Shown here: one piece after another, positions 24,470 through 37,980 of the stretch
How the letters are laid out: each line of letters starts with the position of its first letter
Numbering within the stretch: position 1 is the first letter of the stretch
NCBI RefSeq assembly: GCF_000143415.4
Contig: NW_003314261.1
Span: forward strand, 5,915,620 to 5,979,619
Direction of reading: 5' to 3'
Length of the DNA: 64,000 nucleotides
Origin: Selaginella moellendorffii
Taxonomy: Eukaryota; Plantae; Lycopodiophyta
Notes under the pieces: model-generated
What the model saw: the letters and a program-made list of their open reading frames with translations, nothing else
Database searches by the model: none
Told to the model about the DNA's origin: nothing
Program-made: the position numbers and the translations under genes

Positions 24470-26790
24470 ATTATTCATTTTATTTGAAAAATTTTTATTT
24501 TTTAGCTAAGTTAAAAGTAAAAAATTGTTACTCAACTTGAAGATATTCCCAATCATTATTATATCAACTTTAAGCACATTTTGTTATTTGATAAATCTAA
24601 ATATCAAACTTATTTTATTTGTAATATAGATAGTTTTATAAAAACTTTTAAATAATTAAACTTACCATTTATGATGCTTATGTAACCAAGAAGAAATATC
24701 TATTCCAAAAGTATGAATAAATATTTGAATTTTTTGTTCTAAAGTTTATAAGTTTAATGAAAATTTTATTTTTCTTAACTTGTTCATTATTTATATAAAA
24801 ATGAGAAAGAGACATACAAAACAAAACAGTAAAAAAATAAATTAAAGATCCAGTTATTCAAAAATACTATACCAAAAAGTTCTTGAGTGTCACTAATCAT
24901 GGTGATAGTGTTATTGATAACACAACAAAAAAACAATTGTTAAAATATTCTACTGTCATATTGGTAAATAATCAGAATATTCCTTGATTATAAAAAAATA
25001 TAAAGTGCTAAAAGATGATGTTTGTTATTCTTAGCTTCATTATATTTTACCACTACTTATTAAGGAGGTTTTTTCTGTGTTTTGACTAATTCTAAAATGT
25101 TTGAAATAAATCTTATAGTGATAGAAATTCATTTATTAGTTAAAAATTACAAAAATATGATGAAAATTACTACTAGTTTAAGATTTTTTAATAAAAAATA
25201 TTATTAGATCAACATAGCATTCTCTAATAAGGAAATAAAACAATTTCATCATAAATCTTAAAAGATATATCTCAAGCATTAATCTCACTATAATCTAAAC
25301 TCTTAATTACCTTAAATAGATAAGTGAGAGTAAATTAACAAACATTAAAATTACTATATTAATACCATTTAACCTATTTGGAAATAATGTAGTACACGTG
25401 ATTAGTGTAATTATTATAGTAAATAGAGATTTATATATATAAAAAACACAACACTAAGTTTTGATTATTTTTGGTTTTGTTTTATTTTAAATGTTAATGC
25501 AGGATTTCGACCAGTCAAACTCGTCTTGGAATTTCCTCTGGTCAAATAAGGATAAATCCAACTTCTGCTATGTTAGCATCTCCTGATAAATCCAACTTCT
25601 GCTATGTTAGCATCTCCTGATACCACTGTTATTTCGATTGTTGTTTCACAGGGTGCTGCAGTTACTCCTACGCTCACTCCTCAACCAGTTTCTGGATCTG
25701 GAGCTGCTGGGACGTCCACTCATGCTCAAGCCACTCCAGACTCCAAGGATGACCTGGCTGTTCTTCTGAACACCGATAGCTCTTCGGTGATTCCTACTTC
25801 GGAAGGCACTTCTGATCTCGCTGATGCTATCACGAGCTGCTATGACAGCTCCAAGAAATCATTCTTGGAGAGTCTTAACAGCCAGGCATCAGAGATCAAA
25901 GCCATTTCGAAGTTGGAGGAAGTTCTGAGGGATATCCGCAGAATTGGAGAGTGAAGCAGCCTAAGCTCAAGACCAAGGATCCCGATGTACAAAAGGAACT
26001 CAATGAGCTAGCTGGCTTTAAGCACACGGAGTACCAACTCACGCTCCTCAGTCTGCTGCTTGACGCTCGGAAAAAGGAACTTGTGATTTCTTCCGGGCAG
26101 GTCAAGAATGCTTGCAGGACATTCGGCGATCATCTCTTGGACATCGTTCTAACTGCCCTACAAGACATCTCCAACCCAAGCTCCAGAAGTCTTCTTCAGC
26201 GCGAGCTAGCGACGATGGTTTATGCCAAGAGAGATCTCTTTGTAAAAGACGTCGTCTTTGCTCAAGCTAACAGAAGGCTTCAGGAACAGAATCGGCAGAA
26301 CGCTGAGGATGCTCGCCTGGCGGCACAGGACAAGGCAAAGTTGCTAAGCTGAAGAGTGCTCCTCTGAAAGACACAAAAGGAAAAGAAAAAGCCCAGTTGT
26401 GCCCTAGGATGATGTCATAGATTTGATTTGAGAAGGCAATTACCCGCAATGGTGATAGGTTCTGAGGTGCAACGGGAAGTGTGCTTGATGTACCGACAAT
26501 GCAGATGTCGTCTTGTTATCGCCATAAAATACACGAAAAAGGAGACAATGGCAACTCACATCGAGAAACCACCGAGCGTTTGAGTCCACCGAGAGATTGG
26601 CCTCTGGATCGATACTGGAGGCTGCTGATTCGAAATCCACCAACACTGCGACCATCATGTCCTTTAATGGTCCTTCGGATTAGATCCGAGAGATGTATTG
26701 CCATTGTATATTACTCGACTGAGCAAGGGTAATGCGACCATCGCTAGAGCAGGGTCTCATTCTCCAACTTGCTATGATAAGCCAATGCGC
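24470..26790 (-). repeat. Inverted segmental duplication of ~30905-33919 (lacking ~32145-32920)
   Basis: For example 25461-25515 is the reverse complement of 32090-32145, and 24481-24554 of 33836-33915. Confidence 0.92.
25501..26352 (+). pseudogene. Unknown helical/coiled-coil protein, 5'-truncated copy
   Basis: ORFs 25604-25954 and 25951-26352 are a frameshifted paralog of 31335-31982(-). Confidence 0.5.
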
Positions 26791-28292
26791 AAGATCTGGA
26801 TCACGGGCCTGGACGGGGATTGCAGAACATGGATGTATTCAAGATGGCAAGATGCCCATGACTACACAGAAACAGAAACGAGAGCAGGATCACGAGCAAC
26901 AAAAGATACAAGTACAGAATCCAGCACAGGATGGAAGACCCTATACTGGAGGCTAGAAACTAGAGTAACTTTTTCTGGTTTGAAGTTCAAGAATAGATTA
27001 ATTCCCCTTTTATCCATGGTTGGGTTAGGCTATAACTCTAAGGTTTGGGGTTCAATTCTTCTCAAATTTTTTTCCTAGAAGTTATATGGATCAAACCTAC
27101 TTTGTTTAAATCCGTGTTTTTCAAATATGGTCAAATTTTCAAAGTTTGAGAAGAATGTCGTGTTTGCATTTGAAAATCATGTGAACTTTAAGTGAGGTTT
27201 TTATAAATATCAAATCTTTGTTGAAAAAGGACTTAAGATGGTGGAATCTTTGAATTTAATATTCCTAGCTTTTAACCAACATGTAAGTACTTTATTTCCC
27301 GGACAGAGTTCTTCAAAAGCGTTAGTAATCTCGAATATGTTCCTCCCTCTGCACATCCGCTTATCAAAAAAGCCCTCGAGCGTGTCAGGAACAGACTTGT
27401 CCATGCAATCGACTCTTGCCCTCCTAAAAATACATCGCTCCTAAAGCTGAAACCAACAATAAAAAAGAACAAAGAAGAAGACCAAAAATCTATAGGAAAA
27501 GAACATACCTCCATTAGGATTAAAAAAAAGGATCAAATTGGCCAGGAAATACAAACAAAGCTCCGATGAACAAGAACCTTTAAGAACAAGAACATGATCC
27601 TTTTAGGTTTGCTTCTCCATTTATAGTCATAGCTGATTCGAACAAAAATAAAGAAATTGAACTGTATTCTATAAATTTCATTGTTCCAAGCACAAGCCTC
27701 AATTGCAGAAGTTCGTGAAGCAAATGTCTTAAATCTTGGCTTAAACTTACATGTTCTACCAAGCACAAGCGTCTGACTGTCTGGTCGTCCTTTAAAAAAT
27801 ACTAAGATTCTAAACAAGAAATACATGTATTATTCACTTCTTGAATTTGTAATTCAAAAGCATTTAATTTTTTATTTTTATTGTCTACGTCCAACCACAA
27901 GCCTCAACTCATTGCAGAGGTTCAACAAGCAATGCCTAAAACCTTCACCTCGGGCATAAACGTACACCCCCATGCAAACCTAGTTGGGCATTCAGTGTTG
28001 GCAAAAACAGTAGCTGTTGTACCAACGAGAGCCTCCCGACAACTTTGTCAATGCACGACATAAGTACGGTAGTTCAACCAACAACTAGCGACAACAAAAC
28101 CGAGTTCGGCACCACTACCATGCTGTTATCTATGTATTCACCTGATTGCAGTTTTCAAAGCTGGAGGTCCATATACTTTCAAATCCTTGGGGCGTGAGAC
28201 TCGGGCATATGCTGTCAAGCTCAAGAAAGAAAAACTGTAACTATCAAACGACTTCACAAGAAATTCAAGCGTCATCCTCCATCTCTGTGTCT

Positions 28293-30641
28293 TCATCTTG
28301 TCCCCCATGCAAAGTCGTCCTCATCATCTTCCTTGACTTCCACTGCAAAGATAACTCAACAGTTGGTGACTAAACGAAAGAATGAAACGAAGCTTACGTC
28401 CATGGCCGACTTTGCAATCATCACATATCCAGACCTCCTCGTTTCTGTAGCTTGTACATCCCACGTGGTACCAACTGTTGCAGAAGCTGCAAAGCACTTC
28501 CTCCGGAGTCTTGTCTTTGCCACATTGTCGACAAAACATGTCCACTTTGCCTCTCAGTTCTTTGACCCGCTCATCAATAGAGCTCAACGCGTAGTGCAAA
28601 TCTCCGAATAGCGTGAACACTTCCTCGTAGTCTGCTTCCTTATCCTCAGGGACGTAAGCGGATTCTTCAAGGTCGGAAAGAACCCAGACGAGAACCTTTC
28701 TTCTGGAATCCCCTTCAAAGATCTTTTCTGCGACTTCTTTGGTGTGACGATGAAGCTTCACGGCATCTTTAGCAACGCTTATCTGGAAGACGATGAGCAC
28801 CTGCTGGTCGGCATAATACACATCGGCTCCAATGTGATTGTAGTTCTGGTTCACAAAGAGCGTCGGACTTCTACTCACCTTTTTCAAGCTGACCATGGAT
28901 CGCGTCATCTTGTTAACGGGCACAACCTGGAGATGGTGACTCAGTGTCACATTGGCCCCTGTTATGTCGACGTTGAGAAGCTTCAGGGCAAGTATTGTGG
29001 CTTCCTCAGCGTTCCACCCAATGGTGCACATGTTCCTGCTTTCTGAGATACCCTGCGTGAAGTAGCGAACTTCTGCTTCCATGTCGCGGTCCTGCTTCCT
29101 GCTTAGCTCTTGAGCTAGCCAAACATGAGCAAGCGTCTGCAAATGCTGCGTCAGACAGTGACCTTTGCCATCAGCACCGCGATAGTAACACCTGGAGTCC
29201 ATGGCCTCGGATAGAACAGAGATGCGTCTCCCTGCAATAGCCTTAAGGAGCTCGTTCCGAGTCCATCGTCCATCACTGTTGTTGACCGGCCTCCGGATGA
29301 CTTCAAGCAGCGACTTCTCAAGTCCCTTTACATTCTCGCCCAACAGGTACTTGCTTGAAAGGCGCCCCTTCTTTAAATGGATCCAGTAATCAACCAGCCA
29401 AGGCACTGTGCCAGTCAATCTGTAGTCCAGCTCTTCAAAACTCATGCCCTGACGTTTCAAGTAAACTCCGAGCTCCGTGAACTGTCGAAAAACAAAATTG
29501 AGCTCAGCGTAAGTAAAGAATGACACTTACGTTAAATCCCCCCACGCAAGTGTGGAATTCTACTTCAGGAGTTTTTGAAATCTCTTTCCTCAAGGAGCTC
29601 CTCACAGAGGCACAGATGACTGTGGTGCACTCGAGAGGGATTTCATCGATAAAGTCGCGTGCAGCCATCTTCTGATTGCTTACAGACGGTGAATCGTCCT
29701 TGCTCACATCCATCGCATTTCCATCGTCAATGAAAATGAAGATTTTCTCCCCCCGTGTACGTAGGAAATGAAGCATCTTTGGGGCGTCCTCGTTCGCAGC
29801 TATCAGTCGCTTGTGAACAGCCGGCTCGTGGATATAGGCCAAAACCAAGGCTTTGTATACTGCTCGCACCGGATCCTTCACGAAATAGTTTCCAGCCAGA
29901 AGTAAGAACCGGCATGTCGCAAGATCTGGCATCTTCGTTTCCCTCTTAGCAAGCTGGTTCGCTTCACCTTTGCTGGTAATCTCTGGTTGCTTGCTGGTAA
30001 TGTTTGGTGGTATCTCCTGTTCACCCGGTGCCCCCATGTCTAGCGGAATCACGCGAACGTCCAACAAGTTGCTGATTGACAAGGCAAAGTTCTCGTTAGA
30101 CAATGCATGTAGAGCTGCAAAACAAGAGGCCTTACCTTGGGACATTGACGGTAACCTCTGGCTTGATCTCTTCACTCTGTGGTAACCCTTCCGTTTCCTT
30201 GAGCTGTTTGGCCTTGATTGCCAAGTGCGACTTGACAAGCAGAAAGCCCACTCCAGCACAAATGCTGACAGTTTTGCCAAACCCGGGTGTCCCTGTGATG
30301 TACTTAGGTTTCGCAAAGGGCAGCCGCAGCCTGGGATGATCATCCCTGTCGCTAAGAAATACGAAATCTATGAGATCCTTCGTCACCTGTCGACCCATGT
30401 AATCAAACTCTCCCAAATTTCTACTCATGTCCGGAGCCAACAGCCGGCACCACGTTTCGTTGCTCGTTAAGCTCTCCATTGTCAGATGCCCAAAACATTC
30501 CTCCAATCTCACGGAGAATGCCCAAGCTTCCTCGAACTCATCCATGACCTTCCTTCTTTTCTCTGTAACCACAGATGGGAACTGTGCGAAACGCTTACCG
30601 CTTCCGCTGAGCTCCGCCATAGCTTTAGGTTTAGAAAACAT
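28293..30641 (-). CDS. Crinkler-type P-loop NTPase + REase-fold nuclease + PHD finger, copy 2 (apparently intact, 4 exons)
   Basis: Exons ~30641-30136, 30071-29531 and 29482-~28398 join in frame via GT-AG introns (VPS NLLD; GGFN|FTEL). Motifs GTPGFGKT, DPVRAVYKALVLAY, IFIDDGNAMD, LTGTVPWL, DSRCYY..GHC, GWNAE, N..GAD..FQISVAK..H, CRQC..CSFCNSWYHVGC..WICDDC. Confidence 0.78.
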
Positions 30642-31045
30642 GAACCCTAAATGCTTTTTAATTATCTTTTTCGCAGGTTTGGGTTCGAGTCTTCGTGAAG
30701 ACAATGTCTTTGTGACTCGCTAGTAACCCTGTCACATTGCCACTTTAATAATCCCTAACTTGGGACCTAGCAGAGGCCTAGATTTACCTATGTAGTACTC
30801 ATGGTCTGTTACTAATTCAAAAGCAGTGTATCCATTCCTCTACGTCTTACCATCTTTTCTACTCGGGGTCGTATGGACATATCTAATACTGAGTCTCACC
30901 CTTGCCCAGGCACATTCGCTTATCATAGCAAGTTGGAGAGTGAGACCCTGCTCTAGCGATGGTCGCATTACCCTTGCTCAGTCGAGTAATATACAATGGC
31001 AATACATCTCTCGGATCTAATCCGAAGGACCATTAAAGGACATTG

Positions 31046-31300
31046 ATGGTCGCAGTGTTGGTGGATTTCGAATCAGCAGCCTCCAGTATCAGACGCTCGG
31101 TGGTTTCTCGATGTGAGTTGCCATTGTCTCCTGCAGCCCGAGTTTTTCGTGTATTCTATGGCGATAACAAGACGACATCTGCATTGTCCGTACATCAAGC
31201 ACACTTCCCGTTGCACCTCAGAACCTATCACAAGGAACTACCATTGCGGGTAATTGCCTTCTCAAATCAAATCTATGACATCATCCTAGGGTACAACGGG
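31046..31300 (+). pseudogene. Degenerate retropepsin-like aspartic protease remnant (other copies at 23655-23760 + and 26395-26658 -)
   Basis: VAVLVDFESAAS..VV...L and YDIILG(Y/H)N(W) resemble the LVDSGA / YDVILGMDW motifs; the catalytic DSG is altered. Confidence 0.5.
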
Positions 31301-31334
31301 ATCACCAGAGCTTTTTCTTTTCCTTTTGTGTCTT

Positions 31335-32368
31335 TCAGAGAAGGAGCACTCTTGAGCTTAGCAACTTTGCCTTGTCCTGTACCGCCAGGCGAGCATCCTC
31401 AGCGTTCTGCCGATTCTGTTCCTGAAGCCTTCTGTTAGCTTGAGCAAAGACGACGTCTTTTGCAAAGAGATCTCTCTTGGCATAAACCATCGTCGCTAGC
31501 TCGCGCTGAAGAAGACTTCTGGAGCTTGGGTCTTGTAGGGCAGTTAGAACAATGTCCAAGAGATGATCGTCGAATGTCCTGCAAGCATTCTTGACCTGCC
31601 CGGAAAAAATCACAAGTTCCCTTTTCCGAGCGTCAAGCAGCAGACTGAGGAGCGTGAGTTGGTACTCCGTGTGCTTAAAGCCAGCTAGCTCATTGAGTTC
31701 CTTTTGTACATCGGGATCCTTGATCTTGAGCTTAGGCTGCTTCACTCTCCAATTCTGCGGAATCGCTTTATCCCTCAGAACCTCCTCCAACTTCGAAATG
31801 GCTTTGATCTCTGATGCCTGGCTGTCAAGACTCTCCCAGAATGATTTCTTGGAGCTGTCATAGCAGCTCGTGATAGCATCAGCGAGATCCTTGAGCATGA
31901 GTGGACGTCCCAGCAGCTCCAGCTCCAGAAACTGGTTGAGGAGTGAGTGTAGGAGTAACTGCAGCACCCTGTGAAACAACAATCGAAATAGCAGTGGTAT
32001 CAGGAGATGCTAACGTAGCAGAAGTTGGATTTATCAGGAGATGCTAACTAGCAGAAGTTGGATTTACCCTTATTTGACCAGAGGAAATTACTGGTCGAAA
32101 TCCTGCATTAACATTCAAAATAAAACAAAACCAAAAATAATCAAACAAACCTGCAAACAAATTCTCCAGGAGTCTTGTTTGGACCATAAAAGGGCTGGGC
32201 TTTAGATGTTTCATAGCTGTTACCTTCACCATTTGGATCATCCGGCAAAGCAACCTCTAAAAAGATTCCTCTCGGCCAAGAACAAGAAGGATGGGCATTG
32301 TTTACCTGCATTGTGGAGGGCGATCGAGAAAAGGACGAGGAGGGCGGTGCCGCCATCGACTCCATTGG
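31335..32368 (-). pseudogene. Unknown helical/coiled-coil protein, multi-exon, probably disrupted
   Basis: ORF 31335-31982 plus upstream short exons; has a deletion relative to the paralog at 25604-26352. Confidence 0.45.
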
Positions 32369-32887
32369 ATCGAGCTGCTCTTTCGAAGCTCGCCGCGCTC
32401 GCTGGGATGATCGAAGGAGGAGGAAAGAGAGAGGATGAGATGATCTTGGGCGCCCTTTAAGGCGAAGGCCAAGAAGTGTCAACAGACAAATAGATGGGTA
32501 AAAATTAGGCTGTGAGTCGGTCGGATGAGCGGGCAGGTATTTTATAGTCAGCGCATTGTCTTTGACAAAAAGCCGTAGTGGTGCGTTGCTATTTCTTTCA
32601 TGGCTCCAGCGTGATCAAACTAACTATAACAAAAGGCCTTGATCATTTACCCCTTTCCAAAGCAAAAGTATAAACGTCCAACATAAATAATATTCTAACT
32701 AAAAGAGCCATTTAGTGTACTTCTAAATTTTTTAAAAACTTTTCTTTCTAAGCTTTTCATAATACTGAGTATCTCATGTTGTCTGATTGCAAAATATAAT
32801 ATTAACTACAATAATCCCCATTAATTGATAAGAAAAAATGTACTCTTAATCATGAGTCTTAAACCTATAAATTTGAACTTATTCTGG

Positions 32888-32889
<2 letters not shown>

Positions 32890-32926
<37 letters not shown>
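32890..32926. repeat. (TA)n microsatellite
   Basis: Directly visible. Confidence 0.95.
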
Positions 32927-32929
<3 letters not shown>

Positions 32930-33919
32930 TCTCTTTTTAATATAATAATTATACTAATCACATTTCCAAATAAGTTAAATGGTATTAATATAGTATTTTA
33001 ATATTTGTTATCTTACTCTCACTTTTTTAATTAAGGTAGTTAATAATTGAGATTATAGTGAGATTAATACTTGAGATATTTCTTTTAAGATTATTGATGA
33101 AATAGTTTTATTTTCTTATTGGAGAATGCTATGTTGATCTAAGTGATGATATCATATTATTATTTTTATTTTAAAATCTTGAACTATTAGTCATTGTCAT
33201 GATATTTTGTAATTTTTAACTAATAAATGAATTTCTATCACTATAAGATTTATTTTAAAAATTATAGAATTAGTCAAAACACAGAAAAGACGTCCTTAAT
33301 AAGTAGTGGTAAAATATAATGAAGCTAATAATAACAGACATCATCCCTTAGCACTTTATATTTTTTTTTATAATCAGGGAATATTTTGATTATTTACCAA
33401 TATGACAGTAAAATATTTTAACAATTTTTTTTTTGTGTTATCAATAACACTATCACCATGATTAGTGACACTCAAGAACTTTTTGGTATAGTGTTTTTGA
33501 ATAAGTGGATCTTTAATTTTGTTTTACTGTTTTGTTTTGTATGTCTCTTAGTTTTAATAATGTTTTCTCCTTTTATATAAATAATGAGAAAGTTAAACAA
33601 AATTAAACTTCAATAAACTTATAAACTTTAGAACAAAAAAATCAAATATTTATTAATACTTTTGGATTAGATATTTCTACTTGGTTGCATGTCTGCATCA
33701 TTTTTTCTCATAGGCTTCATAAGTGGTAAGTTTAAATTTTTAAATTTTTTTAAAAAACTATCTATATTACAAATAAGATAAGTTTTATATTTTGTTTTAT
33801 CAAATAACACAATGCTTAAAGTTGATATAATAATGATTGGGAATATCTTCAAGTTGAGTAACAATTTTTTACTTTTAACTTAGCTGAAAAATAAAAAGAT
33901 TTTGCAAATAAAATGAATA

Positions 33920-34386
33920 TGTGAGTGCTTGGAATTTGTAAAGGGAATACAAAAAATGTGTATATCAATTAGCCCAAAAACCCTAGCTTATATACAAGAG
34001 CAAGTGGTCTAAATTAAAACTAATCCGACGACTACCAAAATCCCACTACACTAATATTAATATACGGTATCATAGCCATACACTTGGCCTCACATCATCC
34101 CTTCCTTTCGGAATAATGGAAGACCATCAGGGTTCTTTTGTAGATGGGCCGGGATTTGGAGGAACGTCAGGAGAAGGCATCGGTGGATCTGTAGGTGGTA
34201 TTAATTGCTCCTAATCCCTTTGTATGAAGTGTTTCAACCTCTGCACATGCACAATTTCTGGAGGATCGGCGTACTGGATGTCATGCCAAACTTCATAAAC
34301 TTGTGGTCCAACTTGCCGCAATACCTGATACGGTCCTTTCCACTGTGTAAGGAGCCCCTCAGATAAACCACGTACCGTAAGATGGG
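33920..34386 (-). mobile_element. Ty3/gypsy 3' remnant: integrase C-terminus, PPT and 175-bp 3' LTR (33920-34094)
   Basis: TGTGAG...CTCACA termini, adjacent minus-strand purine tract GAAAGGAAGGGATGA, and WKGPYQVLRQVG..VHVQRLK (GPY/F motif). Interrupts the duplicated AT-rich block at 33919. Confidence 0.8.
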
Positions 34387-37300
34387 TGTAAGCGACTAAA
34401 TTTTCCATTTTACTTTAGTCATTTAACCACACTTCCGACCACTTGGAGGAGTCTCACTCACAACCTCCATAAGTCCCATTCTGGACTGAGGCTAGTTGGC
34501 CTTGAGAATGGCATCCCTACCACTCAACCTTTGCTGGGTATGGCCTTCTTGGGCCAAACTGGCCTTTCCTGGCCAAATTGGCCTTTCCTGGCCAAATTGG
34601 CTCCACTAGGCTCCAAGCCCCACACTCTCCCTACTATACTTTTGGAACCCCCCCCCCCCCCAGCCCCTCCCCCCCTCCCCCCTCCCCTAGGGGACAATCG
34701 CTTTGGGCTTTCACCCAACTGCCTGTATTAGTATTTGGACTTGGACTCAGACTTGGGCTCGGTCTTGGTCCCGGATTCAGACTCGAACTCAGACTCGGAC
34801 TCGGTCTTGGTCCCGGATTCGGACTCGGACTCAGACTCGGACTCGGTCTTGGTCCCAGATTCGGACTCGGACTCGGTCTCAGTCTCGGTCCCGATCTCAG
34901 TTCCATCTTGGACTCTATCTCGGACTCCATCTCGGGTCCATCTCGGACTCCATCTCAGTCCACCTTGGACTCCATCGCGGGTTCATCTCGGACTCTATCT
35001 CGGGTCTACCTCGGACTCCATCTCGGGTCCATCTCGGACTCCATCTGGGGTCCATCTGGGGTCCATCTTGGACTCCATCTCGGGTCCATCTCGGACTCCA
35101 TCTCGTGTCCATCTCGGACTCCATGTCAGACTCCATCTCGGATCCATTTCGGACTCCGTCTCGGACTCTATCTCGGGTCCATCTCGGGTCCATTTCGGAC
35201 TCCATCTCGGACACTTCCACGTGTCATGTGTTGGTCCTCTTGTGTCCCTTTTCTAGAGACTCACTTATTGCTCACTTCATGCTTGTTCCTTGAGCCCTTC
35301 GTTGGGAATTTCACTCCCGCTTTCGATCTTTCAAGTCAGAGCTTTTAATCCAAACGTGTTACGTTCATTTGGCTTTTGCTTCGGCCACTACCACATGGCA
35401 CCCTTTCGGCTCCACAACTCCACCACCCATAGATGAAGTTTGATGTCCTCATCAAACGGTAAACCATTTTATAAAGTAACACCCACATGTGTTACCATTT
35501 CCATACTTGGCACCCAGCCAATATTTGTCTATGGTTTGACATTGAAGGCTCACCATGCCTTTTCTATATTCATCAATGGTTTGACACCAAAGGCTCACCA
35601 TGCCTTGTCCATCCTCTAAGGAGCATAGTCTCTCCAACATAGAGACTCATTCGACCACCTGGAGTGGTTTGCTCCCTTTTATTGGTTTAGTTCTTGCTAA
35701 ACCTGTTAGAGACATCTTATCTAACTCAATCCCACTACTCATTCTCGAATAGTCTTAGTTCCCATCGATATAACCTTTGCACTTTGGAACTTTGAATTTT
35801 GACTTCTTAGAGTCAATTTCCTGGGTGTCTCCAACACCTTGCTTTGCACATTTTATGCAATTCCACTTCCCCATCTTAGGAAGTTCTCTACTCGAGGGCA
35901 CCATCATCCTCTTTTTTATTTTGTGCCACTATTGGCACCATATTCTAATTATCATTATTTGTGCTGGGCTGTTCATGACTTTATCTTTTGGCTACTTTGC
36001 TACTCCCTCACTTGGAGCTTTTACAAATTGGAGCACTTGGGAATCTATCCTTGAAAGTCCACTTTCTTTCCCACAATTTGTTAGCATCAAACATATTAGT
36101 GTTCCTTGGCTAACTTTGCCATTTGGATTCCTTCCATTAAACTTTATGGCCTAAACTTGGCCATTAGTCTTTTGCTTCTATCCTTTGATTGTTACACCAA
36201 GCAATACAGGATCACTACCTCTTTCATTGAGGTATTCTTTTGGTTCCATGGTAAAGCTCTGCTTTGCCAAGTCTAAGGGGTGCTCACCCTTAGTAGGTCT
36301 CTTTAGCATTTTCTGCTATGGGCCTCTTCTATGGCCCAACTTTGTGACCCTCCCATAGGTCTCTTCTATAAACTACTTTCTTGAACTCACAATACCATTG
36401 TATTGTCGTAGTTTATTTCCCTTAGGTGTCCTTCCCATTTGGTCACCTTGACCAAGCCACACCATTATCAATAGTTCAAATCAACACTTTGAACTAGGAA
36501 CTTTGTTTCTTAACCTCACAAAGACCTTGTCCTTGTTTAGCTATACAATCATCTAGTGATCTAATTTTGACACCTTAACAAGTTTGCCAATAGATACTAG
36601 GTCTTCCAAACCTTTAACTTGTTGACCATGACCCTGGGGGCATCCCCCACACTTGGCAGTGCGCCCAAGCCAGCCCTTCTAGCCAAGGGTCCATAGCAAT
36701 TGAGACTGGGTGTCCCCATCTCATTCACCATGTCCTTGGTGCCACTCGCACCAAAGTGTTCAAGTTAGATATGGCGAGCCACACTAAGCAATCTAACCGT
36801 GCATCACGACTCTGGGGCATCCCCCACTTGGCAGTGTGCCCAAGCCAGTCTCCGCACTGAGAGTCCATGACCACCGAAAAATGAATGTCCTCATATTCCA
36901 AACCATCACCACGCCCTAGTGATTTGGGACCCGAACCCAAGCACTAGAGGGTTGGGACTCGAACCCAACCTTCGTATATGCATCTACAGACGGCATCACC
37001 TAGGATGTCTGGCGTGACTCACCACACTGGTGCACTAACTTATCCTTAAAGCGTGCTATAGATCACAGTTTAGGAACCTAGTTTCTTCACACTGTCAAGT
37101 CCTGTCATTTGACAAGTCTGTGATCATGCATGGACTCCTCCATGCTTGGCACCATGACCACCCCTTTGAAGTTAGCACCTTCAATTAAGGGATTTGTTCC
37201 CCCGACTTGCCAATCTTGTTTAGCAAGTCCTCCGACCACCGTAACATGGTTCATGCATAAGCGTGAAAGTGTAGTGCATGTGATCATGGGATGAGATTTG

Positions 37301-37980
37301 GATATACTATCACTGTGGATTCTTGGAACCTTAGGGGATAAATGGGGATAAAATAGCCACTAAGGGCTCTCTCATCAAGCAATTGCCCCTTTTCCAGTTG
37401 GATTAAGGGGAGAGAGATAAAGTGCGCTACAGAAAGTCTTTAACTATCGACTTTCATTCAAAGCCCTCTTTTTGAACACTCGGGAATTACTTCCCTAACT
37501 TTGATAGCCTCGCCTCATGGCAAGCTTCAAGACCACACTTTTGCTGCACCACTTTGATTTCATGCGATCCATGAACCATTTACACTTGGCTTTTCTAGGT
37601 ATTAAGCTACCTAGACTTGTCTTTGGGAACCTTGAAGGAACTCTGTCCTTTAGCTTGCTAAGGCCTCTCCTTTTGCAAGCTTTCTAACTGCCATATGGTC
37701 TAACATAGACAATTCCATGCTTTAGACTCTCCATGGCATCACGGTTACTAGTGATAACATGCTTGAGCACCCACTTGGTTCTCCACTCCCAACTGGCATA
37801 ACCACTTTTGGTTATGCTCTTCGATCCTTATGGTTTGGTTTTATCCCCTTACTACTTGCTTTTGGCTTCACACCTTTCCTTCGGTTATTCTCCTCCAGAC
37901 TAGGAGGATAGCTTTGCACTTTCTACCATGCCTTAGCAAGTATTCTTAGGGATGAACCTACCCAATAGCTTAGGGAGTGG
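34387..37980 (-). mobile_element. LARD-like LTR element, 3' part (3' LTR 34387-~35416 with deletions; internal 35417-37980)
   Basis: Reverse complement of the LTR and internal sequence of the 37981-49501 copy; PPT-like GGGTGGTGGAG before the LTR; no gag/pol ORF. Confidence 0.85.

Noticed and set aside
27200-28200. Exon-like minus-strand segments between the duplications
   Set aside because: No recognisable motif and several stops; cannot support a call.
37971-37980. TAGGGAGTGG as a polypurine tract before the LTR
   Set aside because: It is the reverse complement of ordinary internal sequence (cf. ~41300), i.e. the insertion target.
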